A DNA stretch of 63,167 nucleotides, filler included, from Octopus bimaculoides (Eukaryota): the NCBI RefSeq assembly GCF_001194135.2. It is 5 parts of 3 records of this genome, joined end to end, with 100 filler letters (N's around TTAATTAATTAA, not from the genome) between each part and the next. Parts side by side here need not be neighbours in the genome. Positions count along the whole stretch, not along the records: positions 1 to 19,991 come from NC_068989.1; positions 20,092 to 33,697 come from NC_068996.1; 3 more parts are not named here. One strand, written 5' to 3'. Below are positions 11,601 through 24,680 of the stretch, in pieces. The stretch's first letter is position 1, and the number at the start of each line of letters is the position of its first letter. The position numbers were made by a program, and so were the translations under genes. Under the pieces are notes generated by a model, which saw only the letters and a list, made by a program, of their open reading frames with translations, did not search any database and was not told the origin of the DNA.

Positions 11601-12114
11601 GAAGTAAGAAAATTAGATCAAACACTATCTACAAATGCATAAAAGTTAATGATCTAAATGTTGAACAACACATATAAAAGAAGAAAAATGGGGAGGAATG
11701 TTATATACGTAAAAGATAAATATTTAAATCAGAACGAAATGCAAAATAATAGACATTAATGTTGCAGCTATCACAATAAATTACTGATATATTATTCACT
11801 GGAAGTTAAATAGATTAGCATGATTAAACAGGATTACAAGAAATATTATTGCATTTAGAGTATACCACCCAAAACACATGGGGAAATTATAATTAATACT
11901 ATTATTTATTATTATTTTTATGAATACACTAACTTAGGTGTCTTCTGCAACTAGAAAATTATTGTAAAGTGTCTACAATGGGATTACAAAAATATCTAAT
12001 AAGAAACCAGCGAAATTAATACAATAACGCATTCATTCTCAATATATTCTGACAGATTCGCATGTGAATATCTGATCGGTGTTGCTTTTCACTATTGATT
12101 GCACGCAGAACAGT

Positions 12115-12424
12115 GAAGGTACGGGGTTTAGTGGTTACAGTATTCGGCTTGCGATCGTAAGGTCGTGAGTTCAGTTCCCGGTGACACATTGTGTCCTTCA
12201 TCAAGGCACTTTATTTCACGTTGACCCAGTCCACTCAGCTGGCAAAAATGTGTAGTACCTGTATTTCAAAGGGCCAGCCTTGTCACACTGAATCTCCCTG
12301 AAAACTACGTTATGGGTAGACGAGTCTGTGGAGTGTTCAGCCACTTGCACGTTAAATTTATGAGCAGGCTGTTCCGTTGATCGGATGAACTGAAACCCTC
12401 GTTGCCGTAACTGACAGAGTGCCA
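12115..12424 (+). mobile_element. SINE family B, full length
   Basis: tRNA-like head (TAGTGGTTA...GAGTTCAGTTCC) plus the conserved body shared with three other copies. Confidence 0.85.
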
Positions 12425-13059
12425 GTTACACGCAGAACAACTAGAATCCAAACAAGATAATATTTTTTCATTCTTAATACGGTCTAACAGATTCAAACAT
12501 AAATATCTGATAGCTGTTGTTTTACGCCATCTCAGAACACCTTTTTAGACAATTAGATGCGTTATTGTTTGGATTCTCACTGTTCTGCGTGCACCCCACG
12601 AATTATAAACTAGTACAAATATTTATAAAACTGAACAATAAAATAACGTTTTGTACTATAGGAAACCCACAAATACAGAAAAAGAAATAATCGATAGTTG
12701 CGCAGAGAAATAAGAAACAATAACATAATTATTTTGAAATATTAACCCTTTCAGACCTGAGCACTTGCATCTAACTTTACCCAACACCTAAGCTCCCGAG
12801 TAAAAAAATAAATAGTTACATATACAGCTCAAGAATAACTATTGCAGGCAATCTAATGGACACAATTGGCTACATCTTGTTTTTCTAAGTTCATTACCGC
12901 TCTACCAGGAATCCGACAGCGATGACGTTTAACCTATTCGTGCTATAGCAGAGAAACGGCATGACAAGGTAAAAAAAAACTGACTATAGTAAGACATACT
13001 TTAAACATGGCAAGTAAATCCCTTATACGGAAAATATCTATCAAGGCTGAACAGGGTAG

Positions 13060-13790
13060 TGGAGAAGCATAGCACTTGAAACGAAGACCGGAGGATTGTT
13101 GGTTAAGTTACAATAACAAAGCCTGATCATCAGAAATCACCAAAAACATAATGAAGCAAAATACAATGGACGTTGATAAGACAAAAGGAAATGCATATGC
13201 AAGCTCTCGCACATTGGAAAATTTTTTATCAGTATTATGGATTAACTTAGAAAAGAAATGATACAACTACAGACAACAGAAGGTCTCATAAGACGATAAA
13301 AATTATCATGTTCTGGCCATGCCAAATCATACAGACAGAAAGATTAAGGTAAGTCGCCCATATATTGTTGTCAAAATCCATCAAGGGAAACAAATGTGTC
13401 TATGTGTCTCAATCGATTTTTTCATTCGAACAGATAAGAATATATCACTAAATGAAATGAAAAGAAAATATCCAAATATAAAAATGTGGAGAAACCGAAA
13501 TAAAAACAGATATGCAAAAATTAAAGAATATCAAGATTATGTGCATTCACAACAGACACAGTCTCTCTTAATTGTAGATGTATTGGGAATGATACAAACA
13601 AATAAAAAATAGAACAAGATATACACATAAAGTCAATAGTTAGAAAATACCACTACTATGCACTAATCACGATCCAATAAAAGCACATAACTACCACTTC
13701 ACAAGGAACACAAGGAACACATGTTAGGCGTTGAAAGTATGCGATAAAATTCAAACTACTGGAATTGTAATTATAATTTCGGCATTTATC
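13060..13790 (+). pseudogene. Decayed R4/Dong-like 3' fragment (zinc knuckle region, RLE domain, 3' UTR)
   Basis: Remnants ETGGLL...RNHQKHIMKQN and MPNHTDRKIKVSRPYIVVK...CL...DKNISLNE match the WDxPIxTDxxIxxxRPDIVV...IDxSI pattern. Confidence 0.6.
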
Positions 13791-15021
13791 AAATACATTT
13801 TTCTTTTTTTACTTGCTTAGGATTTACTTGCTTAGTTCCATTAACAATACTAGTGCTAGAAATGAAGCTGATGAGAATGAGGAAAAAGAAGAAGAGTAGG
13901 AGAAAGATGATGAAGAGGAGTATGGTTACAATATTTTTATCTTGTGAGTCTAAAATGCTATTTCAGTACTCTACCAGGAATTCCCGAATAATGTTTTTAA
14001 AGTTTCGAGTGTCTGGCAATCCGGTCCATTTCCAGATATATGCTACTATCAAAGTCAAGGACTACTTTCGGAAGAGACCGGTGGAAGTTCACGGGCTTCC
14101 AAGTGATTATTAGTCATTTGTAGCCATTTTACTTCGAAAGGGAGTGGACTGCCAGACACTTAGAGTGTCTGGGAACTATCCATAGGATTATTCCATCTAT
14201 TATTCTTATTGATGAGAGACTGGGATTATATCTTAGACGATTACTATACAAAATTATCTTCCTTGTCATTACTAGTTTGATAACCACCGCTTTGTTGATG
14301 GTGACGTGGTAAAATTTTTAATTTAAATTGTTTCTACATTTAAAGCATTACTACTAATACAAAATATATTCAATTTACATACAAACAGTGTGAAAGAATT
14401 GGAAAGTTATTAACATCGCCTCTAATTTCATTTCGGAAAAATAGATATAATATTAGATGCGTTTTAATTGGGTAAATTATTGAAATTTTGGTTGCCTGTC
14501 ACAGTGAAATCAAATTAAATTTAAAATGTTCCTGAATTTCTTTCGTATATAATAAGCCAGAAACATATAAGTAATTAGATACTATTTACTATAAAGAAGG
14601 ACTGATGAATATTTCTCTAATATTTTCTCATTTTAATGTAGATCGAAAATTATTCTCCATATTAATATCAAGAAAACAGTGGCGATGGTGAAATTTGAGT
14701 AACGCTGCTTTTGGCTGCGATTTGGCTGTTATTTGTAGCAATTCGAGAGAGTACGTCAGCCCCGTTAACAGTGTTGTTTTTGTAGAAAATGTTACCATAT
14801 TATGACCATTTTGTTTAAGTGATACGATATAGCCTTATAATGTGTAAAATGATTTTCACTGGCTGTTTGGGTTAACTCCTGATTCGTCATAAGACAGTTT
14901 TATAAACAAACACTTCTCAGTCATCTATTATTCTCCACATCTGTTATTTTCTGCACCTGCAGACAGTGTCCTCCCCGTAGCCCTTTGTCTGTCCAGTGTA
15001 ACTAACACTCCGTTTTCCTCT

Positions 15022-15330
15022 CCTCCGTCGGTTACAACGACTCGACGTGTGTTCCAGATGATCCGATCAACGTAACAGCCTGATCATGAAATTAACCTGC
15101 AAGTGCTTAAGCGCACCACAGACACGTGTACCCTAACGTAGTTCTCAATGAGATTCAGCGTGATACAGAATGGGACAAGACCGGCCCTTAAACCACAGGT
15201 ACTATCCACTTTTGTTAGCTGAGTGAACCAGAGCAATGTGAAATAAAGTGACTTGCTGAAAGACACAAAAAGCCGCCTGATATTGCGACTCATGACTTAC
15301 GATCGCAAGCCGAATACACATGTCATTAAA
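15022..15330 (-). mobile_element. SINE family B
   Basis: Reverse complement of the 12115-12424 copy. Confidence 0.8.
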
Positions 15331-16064
15331 CCACGCATCTGTTCGGTGTATCACATGTGATATACATAACATATTCCCTTGGCGTCCATGCATAATGTAT
15401 AATACACACTTCCAATTTTTCTTAACCACCTGAGTAATTACGGACTTATGAACAGAAAGCTTTATATTAATCAGAACGCGTGAAACGAGGGGAAGCTAAA
15501 AGTCTGGAAGCGAGCTTGGGTGTTTTGACAAATTTATGGAAATGCTTTGGACAGACAATAGGTTAATTTATAGTCTAACCAAAATTGTGATAATTGTATA
15601 ATTCTTAACTCTGCTTAAGGAATTATGAAGACGGCCCCTATTTTCTTCAAGCCTATTCTTTGTCTGAGACGATTTTTAGATGTTATCAATTAAAATGAAT
15701 ATATGGGACATAGTGTGTAAATACAAAAGACGGGTGCACATAAATTCCACGGATTTTTCATATTTTTCATATTTTTCATATTGTAAAATTACCAAACTGT
15801 CCCCGGTTTTACAGTTTTACAAGCTGAAAATGACTGCTGAATAAAAATATACTAAGACTTAACAAAGCACTTGACTTGCATATAGTTCCTGACAACTTTT
15901 AATAAAATGGAAATTGCAGAAAAATGCCACAGAAAATACGGTAGAAAATATAGTAGAAAAAAAGAGAACATATCCTTATGTATGAGAATGTGTGTGTATG
16001 TGTGCGTGAGTGTGTGTGTGTGTGTGCGCGTGTGTGTGCGTGCGCGCGTATACACATATACATA

Positions 16065-16098
<34 letters not shown>

Positions 16099-16553
16099 CA
16101 CACACATTGTGTGTGTGTGTGTGCGTGTATAAAAACACCAGATATTTCAGTGAATTATTTTTATTAACACTAAAACTTGTTCTCATACCTTTTTTTGTCA
16201 GTAATTTTTTGAATTGTATAAAAACAAATATTTAAGTGAAAAATAATATATTTACCTTACAAACAGCAGAATTGAATGTTTTACCCAATGAAGGTTTTTG
16301 TAAAATAGTTTTCCACACTTCAGAAATAAGTAGTTTCAAGTATCCGATGGAACTGTATATAAAAATACATATAGAGCAGACTTACTGAATGTTTTCTTTT
16401 TTTAAACTGTTACTACTGTTTTTACTTTTCTTTATTTCCAGTCTCCTTGTCTTCTTCTTTGTCTTCTCGTCACACAGTTTATTGTATCTGAGAGGTAAAA
16501 TATTCATGCTCATATGAACAATGAATATCTTTAAATACTAAGTGTAGCTTTAA

Positions 16554-16710
16554 GGCGGTAAGCTGGTAGAATCGATAGCATTCCGGGGAAAATGCTTAGC
16601 AGCATTTCGTCCGTCTTTATGCTCTGACTTTAATCTCTGCTAAGGTCGACTTTGCCTTTCATCCTTTAGGGGTTGATAAGAAAAGTATCAGCTGAGCACT
16701 GGGATCGAAA
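16554..16710 (+). mobile_element. tRNA-derived SINE family C (GGCGG.GAGCTGGCAGAATCGTTAGC head)
   Basis: Head plus GAGGTCGACTTTGCCTTTCATCCTTT.GGGG body, shared with copies at 18020, 25645, 27140, 55890 and 58095. Confidence 0.8.
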
Positions 16711-17182
16711 TTTATTGTTTCAAGTAAACATTGGATTTGAATTACTTTTGATTTTTATGATCATAGATAACAACTCGGGCTGTAACTTCTGAACCCGGGT
16801 TGGACGCGTATGAATGATGTCGAGAGAACGTCTGCTACGAATGATATTTTTTTACATAGAGCACCTCTAAGATGACCACCAGACGCTAAACTGCGACCAG
16901 GCTCAATAAAAAGAGCCCGAGTTATTGGCTACAATTACATACTTGAAGTCAGTCGTGGTAGAAATTAAATCAGCTTGCAAATAGATGCTCACATTATTAA
17001 ATTTATACACGGGCTAAGCCCGATCAACCCCAGTCCCGGAGTTGCCACTGATATANNNNNNNNNNNNNNNNNNNNNNNNNNNNNNNNNNNNNNNNNNNNN
17101 NNNNNNNNNNNNNNNNNNNNNNNNNNNNNNNNNNNNNNNNNNNNNNATATATATATATATATACATATATTACGGAATTACA

Positions 17183-17465
17183 GAGGTGTACTGGCATAGC
17201 AAGCAACCTGATCTGAGATCGTGTACTGGAACGAAAACATTTGCAGCGTGGAAGGTGTTTATAAGCCATTTAAGAAACACAAAAGCCGTCAGATTCACTT
17301 CAACATTTAAATTTAATTTGCCAAAATATTTTCGTCACTTTGTGGCCGCGACCTGTTCACTGACAAAATTCCGTGACAAAATTACGTGTTGCATCAGATG
17401 CAGCACAGAATTTTGTCAGTGAACAGGTCGCGGTCTCAAAGCGACGAAAATATTTTGGGAAATTA
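17183..17465. mobile_element. Palindromic foldback/MITE-like element, copy 2
   Basis: Same left arm as 4210-4380. Inverted arms at 17314-17370 and 17409-17465; the right arm is truncated. Confidence 0.75.
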
Positions 17466-18019
17466 ATGTGGTATTTCATTTCATATAGATCATATAGATA
17501 TAGCTTAACCACAACTTCCAAGCGAGTAGGACTTAGTAGAAACTGCCATGCTCTCGCCAATTGCATTAGATACCTACGTAGTCTTGAGTATTCATAACAT
17601 AGGCATCTTTTTGGCCACCTCGCGGAATATCCAGCATATAACACAGGTAAACAGAGAAAGTGCTAGTAGTTTGTTTGTACTCAATCACATAGCAGACTGG
17701 AGTAACATGAAGTGAAGTGCTTTCGCCAAGAACAACACACTGCTCAGTTTAAAACCCGATTCTTCGACCTTACGATAGCAAAGCCAATACCCTGACTACT
17801 AAGCCAGACACACCTGTGATATGAATATATAATAAAAAGAATTATAATCGAAAGATAATAAAGCTTTATTTAAAGCTTTAAATTATTCTGTGTGGGATAA
17901 AACTTACAGCCTAAATTCATGTATTGTATGCGCAGCCTTAATTATGAACTTGATTTGAGGTAAAATACCTCGTAGCATTTGGTAACGTTCCTTTACATGT
18001 AAGTTTAAACTTTCTTTCT

Positions 18020-18200
18020 ACTATAGGCTCAAGGTCAGAAATTTCGAGGGAGTGGGTAGGTCGATTACATTTTTCCCAGTACCCGATTGGCACTTACTTT
18101 ATCGACCCCAATAGGATGAATGGCAAAGTCGACCTCGGTGGAATTTGAACTTAGAACGTAAAATCAGACGAAATTCCGCAAAGAACGCAAGCTGATTTAA
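18020..18200 (-). mobile_element. SINE family C
   Basis: GGCAAAGTCGACCTCGG.GGAATTTGAACT.AGAACGTAA, the reverse complement of the family body. Confidence 0.8.
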
Positions 18201-18779
18201 TTCTGATGAAATTTGCTACGCTTTTAATTGATTTCGATGAATAACATTCGTTGTTGTTGTTTTAACAACCTCAAATTAAATCAATCTTAATGGAAGGGTG
18301 CGTGATAAAAGGGAATCTAGCTGTGGCCATCGATATTTTTAGCAGTATCAGAATTATATTATCCAGTGCATTCTTTTTGAAATACGCTGAAGTGCATTAA
18401 AAAGAGTATTTGGCTACTGTTTCTAGTAAATCAAACGATCTGCTAGAAATATGCAGAGACGCCTTCGTTAGATCGTGTAAATACAATAACGCTCTGCGGT
18501 GGAATCCATCGACTATAATCCTTTAAAATTTGTCGCTTTAGGTCTATGTTAGAAATCTTTCCTTTTATAAGATAAGACCAATAAATCTCTGTCGCGCAAG
18601 GAAAACACTGAAAGAATGGCACATATGTTTGATAAGCATTTGCCGTCAAATGGCTGAGAGTGAACATCAGAAATGATGGGATAATGCAGTAAAATTGATT
18701 TTAATTTGAGATCTATGAGTAACTATATGGACTCAGAAAGAGAATAAAATTGAGATAAGGCAGATACATTTAATATAAT

Positions 18780-19030
18780 TGACTGTAAAGATCTCAAAAT
18801 TAGTTGGGATTCAATATCAGCTGTGACCATGTTATAAGGAATATAAAAATGAGTTATGATTGTCGTGGAAGACAAGGCTGGATTATCTGGAATTACCATT
18901 ATAGAAATACCTGAGGAAGCAAGAATCACGATGCAGTAACACAAGAGATCAGGAAAAATATCTGTAAAAATAGAGCTACAACACAAATGATGGTAGGATC
19001 TATACAAAAAGTAACAGTGATTATTAACTT
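18780..19030 (+). pseudogene. Decayed restriction-like endonuclease domain of an RLE non-LTR retrotransposon
   Basis: Remnants KISWD(F)NI.CDHVI...MIVVEDK...IIEIPEEARI match the KILWDFxIQCDHxIxxxRPDIVVVxK...IIDIAVP pattern. Confidence 0.5.
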
Positions 19031-19548
19031 ATGAACTAAGCCACAGAGAGTTTCATGAAAATTACTTTGTTTCAGTCAGATTTTATTGATAGAATTTTGT
19101 TGAATTTCGGGAGTCATTATACCCATAAGATGACCCTTCCGAGAAACAACAAAATCTGCTTCAACACTCGAGTTCACGCTAAGAATCTTGCAAACCAAAT
19201 ACAAAAATGAATTAGCGATAAAAGTATTAGAAAATGCACTAGTGTGAAATCCAAAAGAGCAAAGATTTAAATAAGATAGCATAAAACAAAAAGCGTGAAA
19301 GGAAGGGAAGATTGTGAAGCTCAAACATAAGATTACTGAGAGATTTCAGTTCCTAACCGAATATGAAAGTACAGAATGAATTTCCGTGTTACTATTAAAC
19401 TTGGCCTCTGAAGAAAAGAATAAACAAACGTATCACGGACCTTATTTGGACCAAAGAGTGAAAGGAAGGGAAGATATAGATAGTTTTGGACAGTTCTCTA
19501 AGGAAACGATCTGCATAAAAATATTTTGGCAAACTAGGAATGATGTGA

Positions 19549-19624
<76 letters not shown>

Positions 19625-19650
19625 TTGCTGCTGATAATGGTGCTACGGCT

Positions 19651-19688
<38 letters not shown>
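19549..19688. repeat. (CTA)n followed by (TAA)n microsatellites
   Basis: Direct reading. The (TAA)n directly abuts the 5' truncation of a Dong-like element. Confidence 0.95.
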
Positions 19689-19689
<1 letters not shown>

Positions 19690-19991
19690 CTAAATGCAAA
19701 AGAAATAGACAGAGAAAAATTCCAGCAATGGTTGAGAAGCTCAGGACTCAAGCAGACTGAAGGATTTTTAATTGCTGCACAAGACCAAAGCCTCCCCACC
19801 AGAAATTACCAAAAGCATATAATGAAAAGAAACATAACAAGTAACTGTAGAATATGTGGAGATGGACAAGAAACAATAAATCATATCTCTGGCTGCCCAG
19901 TCCTGGCTAAGAAGGAATATATTCACAGACACGACAGAGCTGGGACCTATATACACTGGAAGCTATGCCAACACTATGGAATAACAACAGA
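19689..19991 (+). mobile_element. 5'-truncated R4/Dong-like non-LTR retrotransposon (CCHC zinc knuckle), runs into a gap
   Basis: QQWLRSSGLKQTEGFLIAAQDQSLPTRNYQKHIMKRNITSNCRICGDGQETINHISGCPVLAKKEYIHRHDRAGTYIHWKLC, with CxxC...H...C and RHD motifs. Confidence 0.9.
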
Positions 19992-20091
19992 NNNNNNNNN
20001 NNNNNNNNNNNNNNNNNNNNNNNNNNNNNNNNNNNTTAATTAATTAANNNNNNNNNNNNNNNNNNNNNNNNNNNNNNNNNNNNNNNNNNNN
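19992..20091. other. Artificial scaffold linker (44 N + TTAATTAATTAA + 44 N); also at 33698-33797, 46801-46900 and 56542-56641
   Basis: Identical 100-nt layout four times. The 12-mer puts stops in all six frames. Confidence 0.95.
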
Positions 20092-20127
20092 ATGCGTGAG
20101 ACTACGCATGCGCACGGCGTTACTACA
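20092..20127 (-). mobile_element. 5' end of the LTR-like element also found at 28125, cut by a gap
   Basis: Reverse complement TGTAGTAACGCCGTGCGCATGCGTAGTCTCACGCAT matches 28125-28159. Confidence 0.6.
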
Positions 20128-20692
20128 AATACTTTAATAGTATTAATACTTTGATACAATAGAGCATTCAATATAAATTCAGTATATAATATTCTCATTG
20201 AATATATTTAACTAAAGATTTGTGTATCTATGTGTGTATATATATATATATATATATTAGAAATATATTTCTAAATCTATATATATATATATACATACAT
20301 ACACACACACACACATATATATATATACATACATATATGCATATATGTATATATATATACTTAAATACACGTGTGCATGTGTGTGTGTGTGTTTGTGGGG
20401 GGGGGGGTTCTGAATATTTTTTAAAGCTAAAACAATACAAGTTATAAAGAAACCAATGATATTGGTTGATGGTCAGTGCTATTACCTGGTATTTCAACAT
20501 TTCAGTGTTGGGACCCCTTCTAGCAATCAACACTTTTCTCCATAAATTTCTTGAAGGGCTCCTAACCTTGAAATATTGAAGTATTAAGTAACTAACCATT
20601 GACCAAGTACTAACCATTGACTTGTATTATCAATTTTTTTATGACTTACATTGTTTTGGTTTAAAATTTTTTAAAATATATTATATATCAGA

Positions 20693-21096
20693 CAATGGAG
20701 TGGCTATGTGGCAAGTAGCTTACTTACCAACCACATGGTTCCGGGTTCAGTCCCACTGCATGGCATCTTGGGCAAGTGTCTTCTACTATAGCCTCAGGCC
20801 AACAAAAGCCTTGTGAGTGGATTTGGTAGATGGAAACTGAAAGAAGCCCGTTGTATATATGTATATATATAAATGTATGTGTGTTTGTGTGTCTGTGTTT
20901 GTCCCCTCACCATTGCTTGACAACCGATGCTGGTGTGTTTACGTCCCCGTAACTTAGCAGTTCAGCAAAAAGAGACTGATAGAATAAGTACTAGGCTTCC
21001 AAAGAATAAGTCCTGGGGTCGATTTTCTTGACTAAAGGTGGTGCTCCAGCATGGCCGCAGTCAAATGACTGAAACAAGTAAAAGAGTAAAAGAGTA
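20693..21096 (+). mobile_element. OR-type tRNA-derived SINE (family A), full length
   Basis: Complete head, body, microsatellite and (AAAAGAGT)n tail. Confidence 0.92.
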
Positions 21097-21324
21097 ATGC
21101 TTCATGAAATCTATACTATACTACTAACAACTCTGATACATATCTATAAATGTAAACCTATCGGCACTTTTGATATTTGTTGCATTTTTTTCAGTTCTGA
21201 TGTGAACCATTGTAAGATTTTATTGTCTTGATTGGCAATCAAGACAATGTCATCAGTAAAGGCCAAGTCTTTCAGTTTTGTCTGTTGTTTCCATAGTACT
21301 CCTCCACTGGGTATGTGGCTTGCT

Positions 21325-21420
21325 TTAGGACAAAGTCTACTGCCAGTAAGAAAAATAGGGACGACTGTAGGCAGCCTTGTCTCACTCCAGTAAGAATATC
21401 AAACAAGTCTGTTTTCCTTG
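21325..21420 (-). pseudogene. Non-LTR RT fragment (RTE-like)
   Basis: TDLFDILTGVRQGCLQSSLFFLLAVDFVLKQ matches the RT GVRQGCxLSPxLF motif. Confidence 0.7.
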
Positions 21421-22839
21421 TTCCCATATGAACACAATATAATGAACTGGAATAAAATTGATAAAGTGTTGATAAAGTGTTGAGAGATGCCATAGAGCAA
21501 GGCAATTCTCAACAAGGACTGTGATTTCATAATGGTATGGAAGGTTTATGATACCTGTGGAGTATCTCCTTCCATTATAATTCTTTGCGGCTGCCATAAA
21601 TCCTTTATCACATCAGGGTCACCATTTTATAATGGAAAGGAAGGTTTATGATATCTGTGGAGTATCTCCTTCTCCCATTATAATCATTTTTGTAGTTTCA
21701 AGGATCTGGAATGGGTTACCAATTTGTGACATCCGTGTGAAGCGAGGTGATAAGAATGGCTCCTTAGTTCATCACACGGTCGATGCAATAAATATAGATA
21801 GAACAATGCCTATATACGTGCCAGAGGGAAATAAGAGACACAACCGGGCAGAATGTTTAAGAGAAGATTTATTGATATGTGATTGTATGTGCATCATATA
21901 TACATAATAATAGACAGGCCATCATCAGAATAAGATGTATGCGCGTGTATGTAGGCATAGATGTATGCACATTAAGAACATATAAGGATGGCGATGAAGA
22001 AGAGACAGTGAAAGAGTCTATATCCATCGAAGTGAAGAGTAAGTCCACAGACACAGGAATGATAAATACCAGTTTGTTGTCAATTGTACATGATAGTTGA
22101 AATATTGTATCAAGAAGTTGCGGCAATGATGCAGAGATGGTTGCGGTACATGTTGTACATGAAGTTGTGGCTGTGATGCTGCTGCCTAGGTCACTTGGTA
22201 CAGGAGTTCTCGCAGGCTGTATGTTCGCTGTTCATCTATGATGATGTAATTCGTGAACAGTGCAGTGTTGTAACCAGTGTGAGTATGTAGAGAGATGTTG
22301 ATGTTAGGACAAATGGTGACGACAGAGATGGTGGTTGCCGAATGCTGTTGGACGAAGTTAGTGAGTATTCATGTGGTTGCTGTTGTGTTGTCACTGGAAC
22401 TGGCTGTGTCTTGTGTGGTCAGTGGCTAGACCTTTAAAGGTTTGAAACCGAAAGACATCAAGATGAAGAGAAGCTGGAGTTTTATAAGAAGTTGTAGGCT
22501 CAAAGCTGGGTAGAAAACAAGCTGTCACACGTGACCTTATTTGAAGGCTGTGATTGGTTGGGTTGCATATTGGTGTGTGATAGAGCAAGAGACAAATTGC
22601 GCCAATACGAGTAGCAGTCACAACAGGGTCCAAAATGCAGCCAAAGGCTAGCTGTTATCTACTACATTCATATGTATATATATATATATAATAGAGAGGA
22701 GAGGAATTTCACTCAAGTGTACGCTACACTATCAAGTGCCTTTTTAAAGTCTATAAAATTTAGCTTCAGTGGTCTTTGATGCTCAACACACTCGTCAATA
22801 ATATATCTGAATGTGAGCATTTGTTCAGCGCAGGATCAG

Positions 22840-23900
22840 CTGTTACAAAGTCTCTTTTGGACTGTTTAGAAACACTTTACAGAGATGCAGTTTGGTTTTG
22901 TGCTAGGGAAAAGCAACACTCTTGTTTATCATAGTCGTTCAGGCCATAACAGATGAATTCATAACTGTCTGCCCCCTGGGTGCTTCCCAATGATGATGAA
23001 CTTGTTCTTATAGTTGAATCTATAATAGAACTACAGAAGAAATTTCAGGTGTCGAAGCAAGGCCTGGAATCAAAGTGTCTTACAGTTAATTTAGCAAAGA
23101 CTAATTACTAGTAAGCAATAAGCAAACTACTAATCCATTCATGGAAATGGCCCTACTTGATATATAGGAAAGGCGTAGGTAGAAATTCCCTACTGTGTAG
23201 TAAGTGCAAGCTATGGACACTTAACAGAAAAGTAATCTTTGTGTTTGGCAGATGGGCATGTACAATAAATGCTAACAACACACAGGAAATAGATTCTTTC
23301 AAATGATCAGGAGAATCCTTAAAGGTAGTAGATAGTTTCTGTTACTTCAGTGACCTAATTTGCAAGGGTGGAGTATATTCTGAAAGTGTAGCAACTAGAT
23401 TCAGGTTGAGGAAAGTTCAGAGAGCTAATACCTTTATGGTTAACAAAGGACCTCTCCCTTACAGTAAAAGGCAGATTGTACAATGTTTGTGTGTGAACAG
23501 TTAAGTTACATGGTGACTAAGTGACTGCAGAGGACATGCAAAGGCTGGAAAGAAATGAAGCCAGCATGCTTCACTGGATGTACAATGTCATTGTGCATGT
23601 GTATTACAAAAGGTAAATAATGTGTTGAGAAAAATTTGGGTAAAAGAGGCATCCCTTGTGCTGTGCAAGTGAGAAGGCTGCATAGGTATAATCATGTGAT
23701 GCATATGGATGAAAACAGTTGCGTAAAGAAGTACCTATCCCTAAATGGGAAAGGAACTTGTGGAAGAGAGAGAGAAAGAGCCAAGGAGACATGAGAAATG
23801 ACTTTCAGATGTTGAACCCTACAGAGGAGACCATAAAGGATCAAAACGATAAGCAGTTCACTATGCTTGAAAAGACCCATCCAACTAAGTAAGAATGAGG
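22840..23900 (+). pseudogene. Decayed RTE-clade LINE ORF2 3' half
   Basis: Remnants LFIIVVQAITDEF...DDELVLIVES..ELQKKFQV.KQGLESKCLTVNLAKT, VVDSFCYFSDLI, VKGRLYNVCV and MQRLERNEASMLHWM, with many stops and frameshifts. Confidence 0.8.
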
Positions 23901-24279
23901 CCCTAAAGGTAAGACATTCATGTCTGTGTCCCTCTCCCCAACAACTCATTTTCCTAATACAATTCCTCCATCTACCCATGTTTCCCACTCACTGCATTCT
24001 GTTCACCTCTACTTCCCACTCTCCTTTCACATTCTCACAAACTTTCCTGTTCATTCACCCTATCAATTCCTCTGTACTGCTTCACATTTATACCCCTCCT
24101 GGTAATTTGAGAGTATGCCTTTACATATCTTCCTCACCATCTTCTCTCTTCTTTTCCAACTGGGTAGCCATATATCTCCTCTACTGTAAGACAGCCATTT
24201 CTACCCCTCTATCAAACTGTAGCCTCTCCATCACCTGGCACTAAGCCTCCCTGCAATGAAGGGTCCTGTCTTTCAAATC

Positions 24280-24680
24280 ATTTGGTGACTTCATTAGTGC
24301 TGGTGCTACATAAAACATTTATGTGTTCATACAAAAAGGTACATATGTATATATTTGTATATGTGTGTATGTGCATATTTATGTATATTTGTGTATCCTT
24401 GTTTTGATATTGTGTGATAGCTGTAAATGAGTACCACTATCATACTAATGGTGTCCTTCATTTCCAATCTTTTACAAAAATATATTCACCCACGAGGAAT
24501 TAGTTTGCATAAAAACAGGTGAGGGAGGGCATCCAATCCTATAAAATCTGCCTCAACGAATTCCGTCTGGCTCATGCAAGCATGGAAAACTGACCGTTAA
24601 AACGATGAAAATGATGACAAAGACAACGTCGATGATGAGTATGATGACGACGATAGGGATGATGACAACAGCGATTATGA
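24280..24680 (+). mobile_element. RTE-tail-like repeat family D, degenerate and interrupted
   Basis: GTGCTGGTGC.ACATAAAA...GCATGGAAAAC.GAC.GTTAAA followed by a GAT-rich tail. Confidence 0.55.

Noticed and set aside
21529-21683. CRISPR-like repeat-spacer-repeat
   Set aside because: Only two units, eukaryotic context and no cas genes. Kept only as a hairpin observation.
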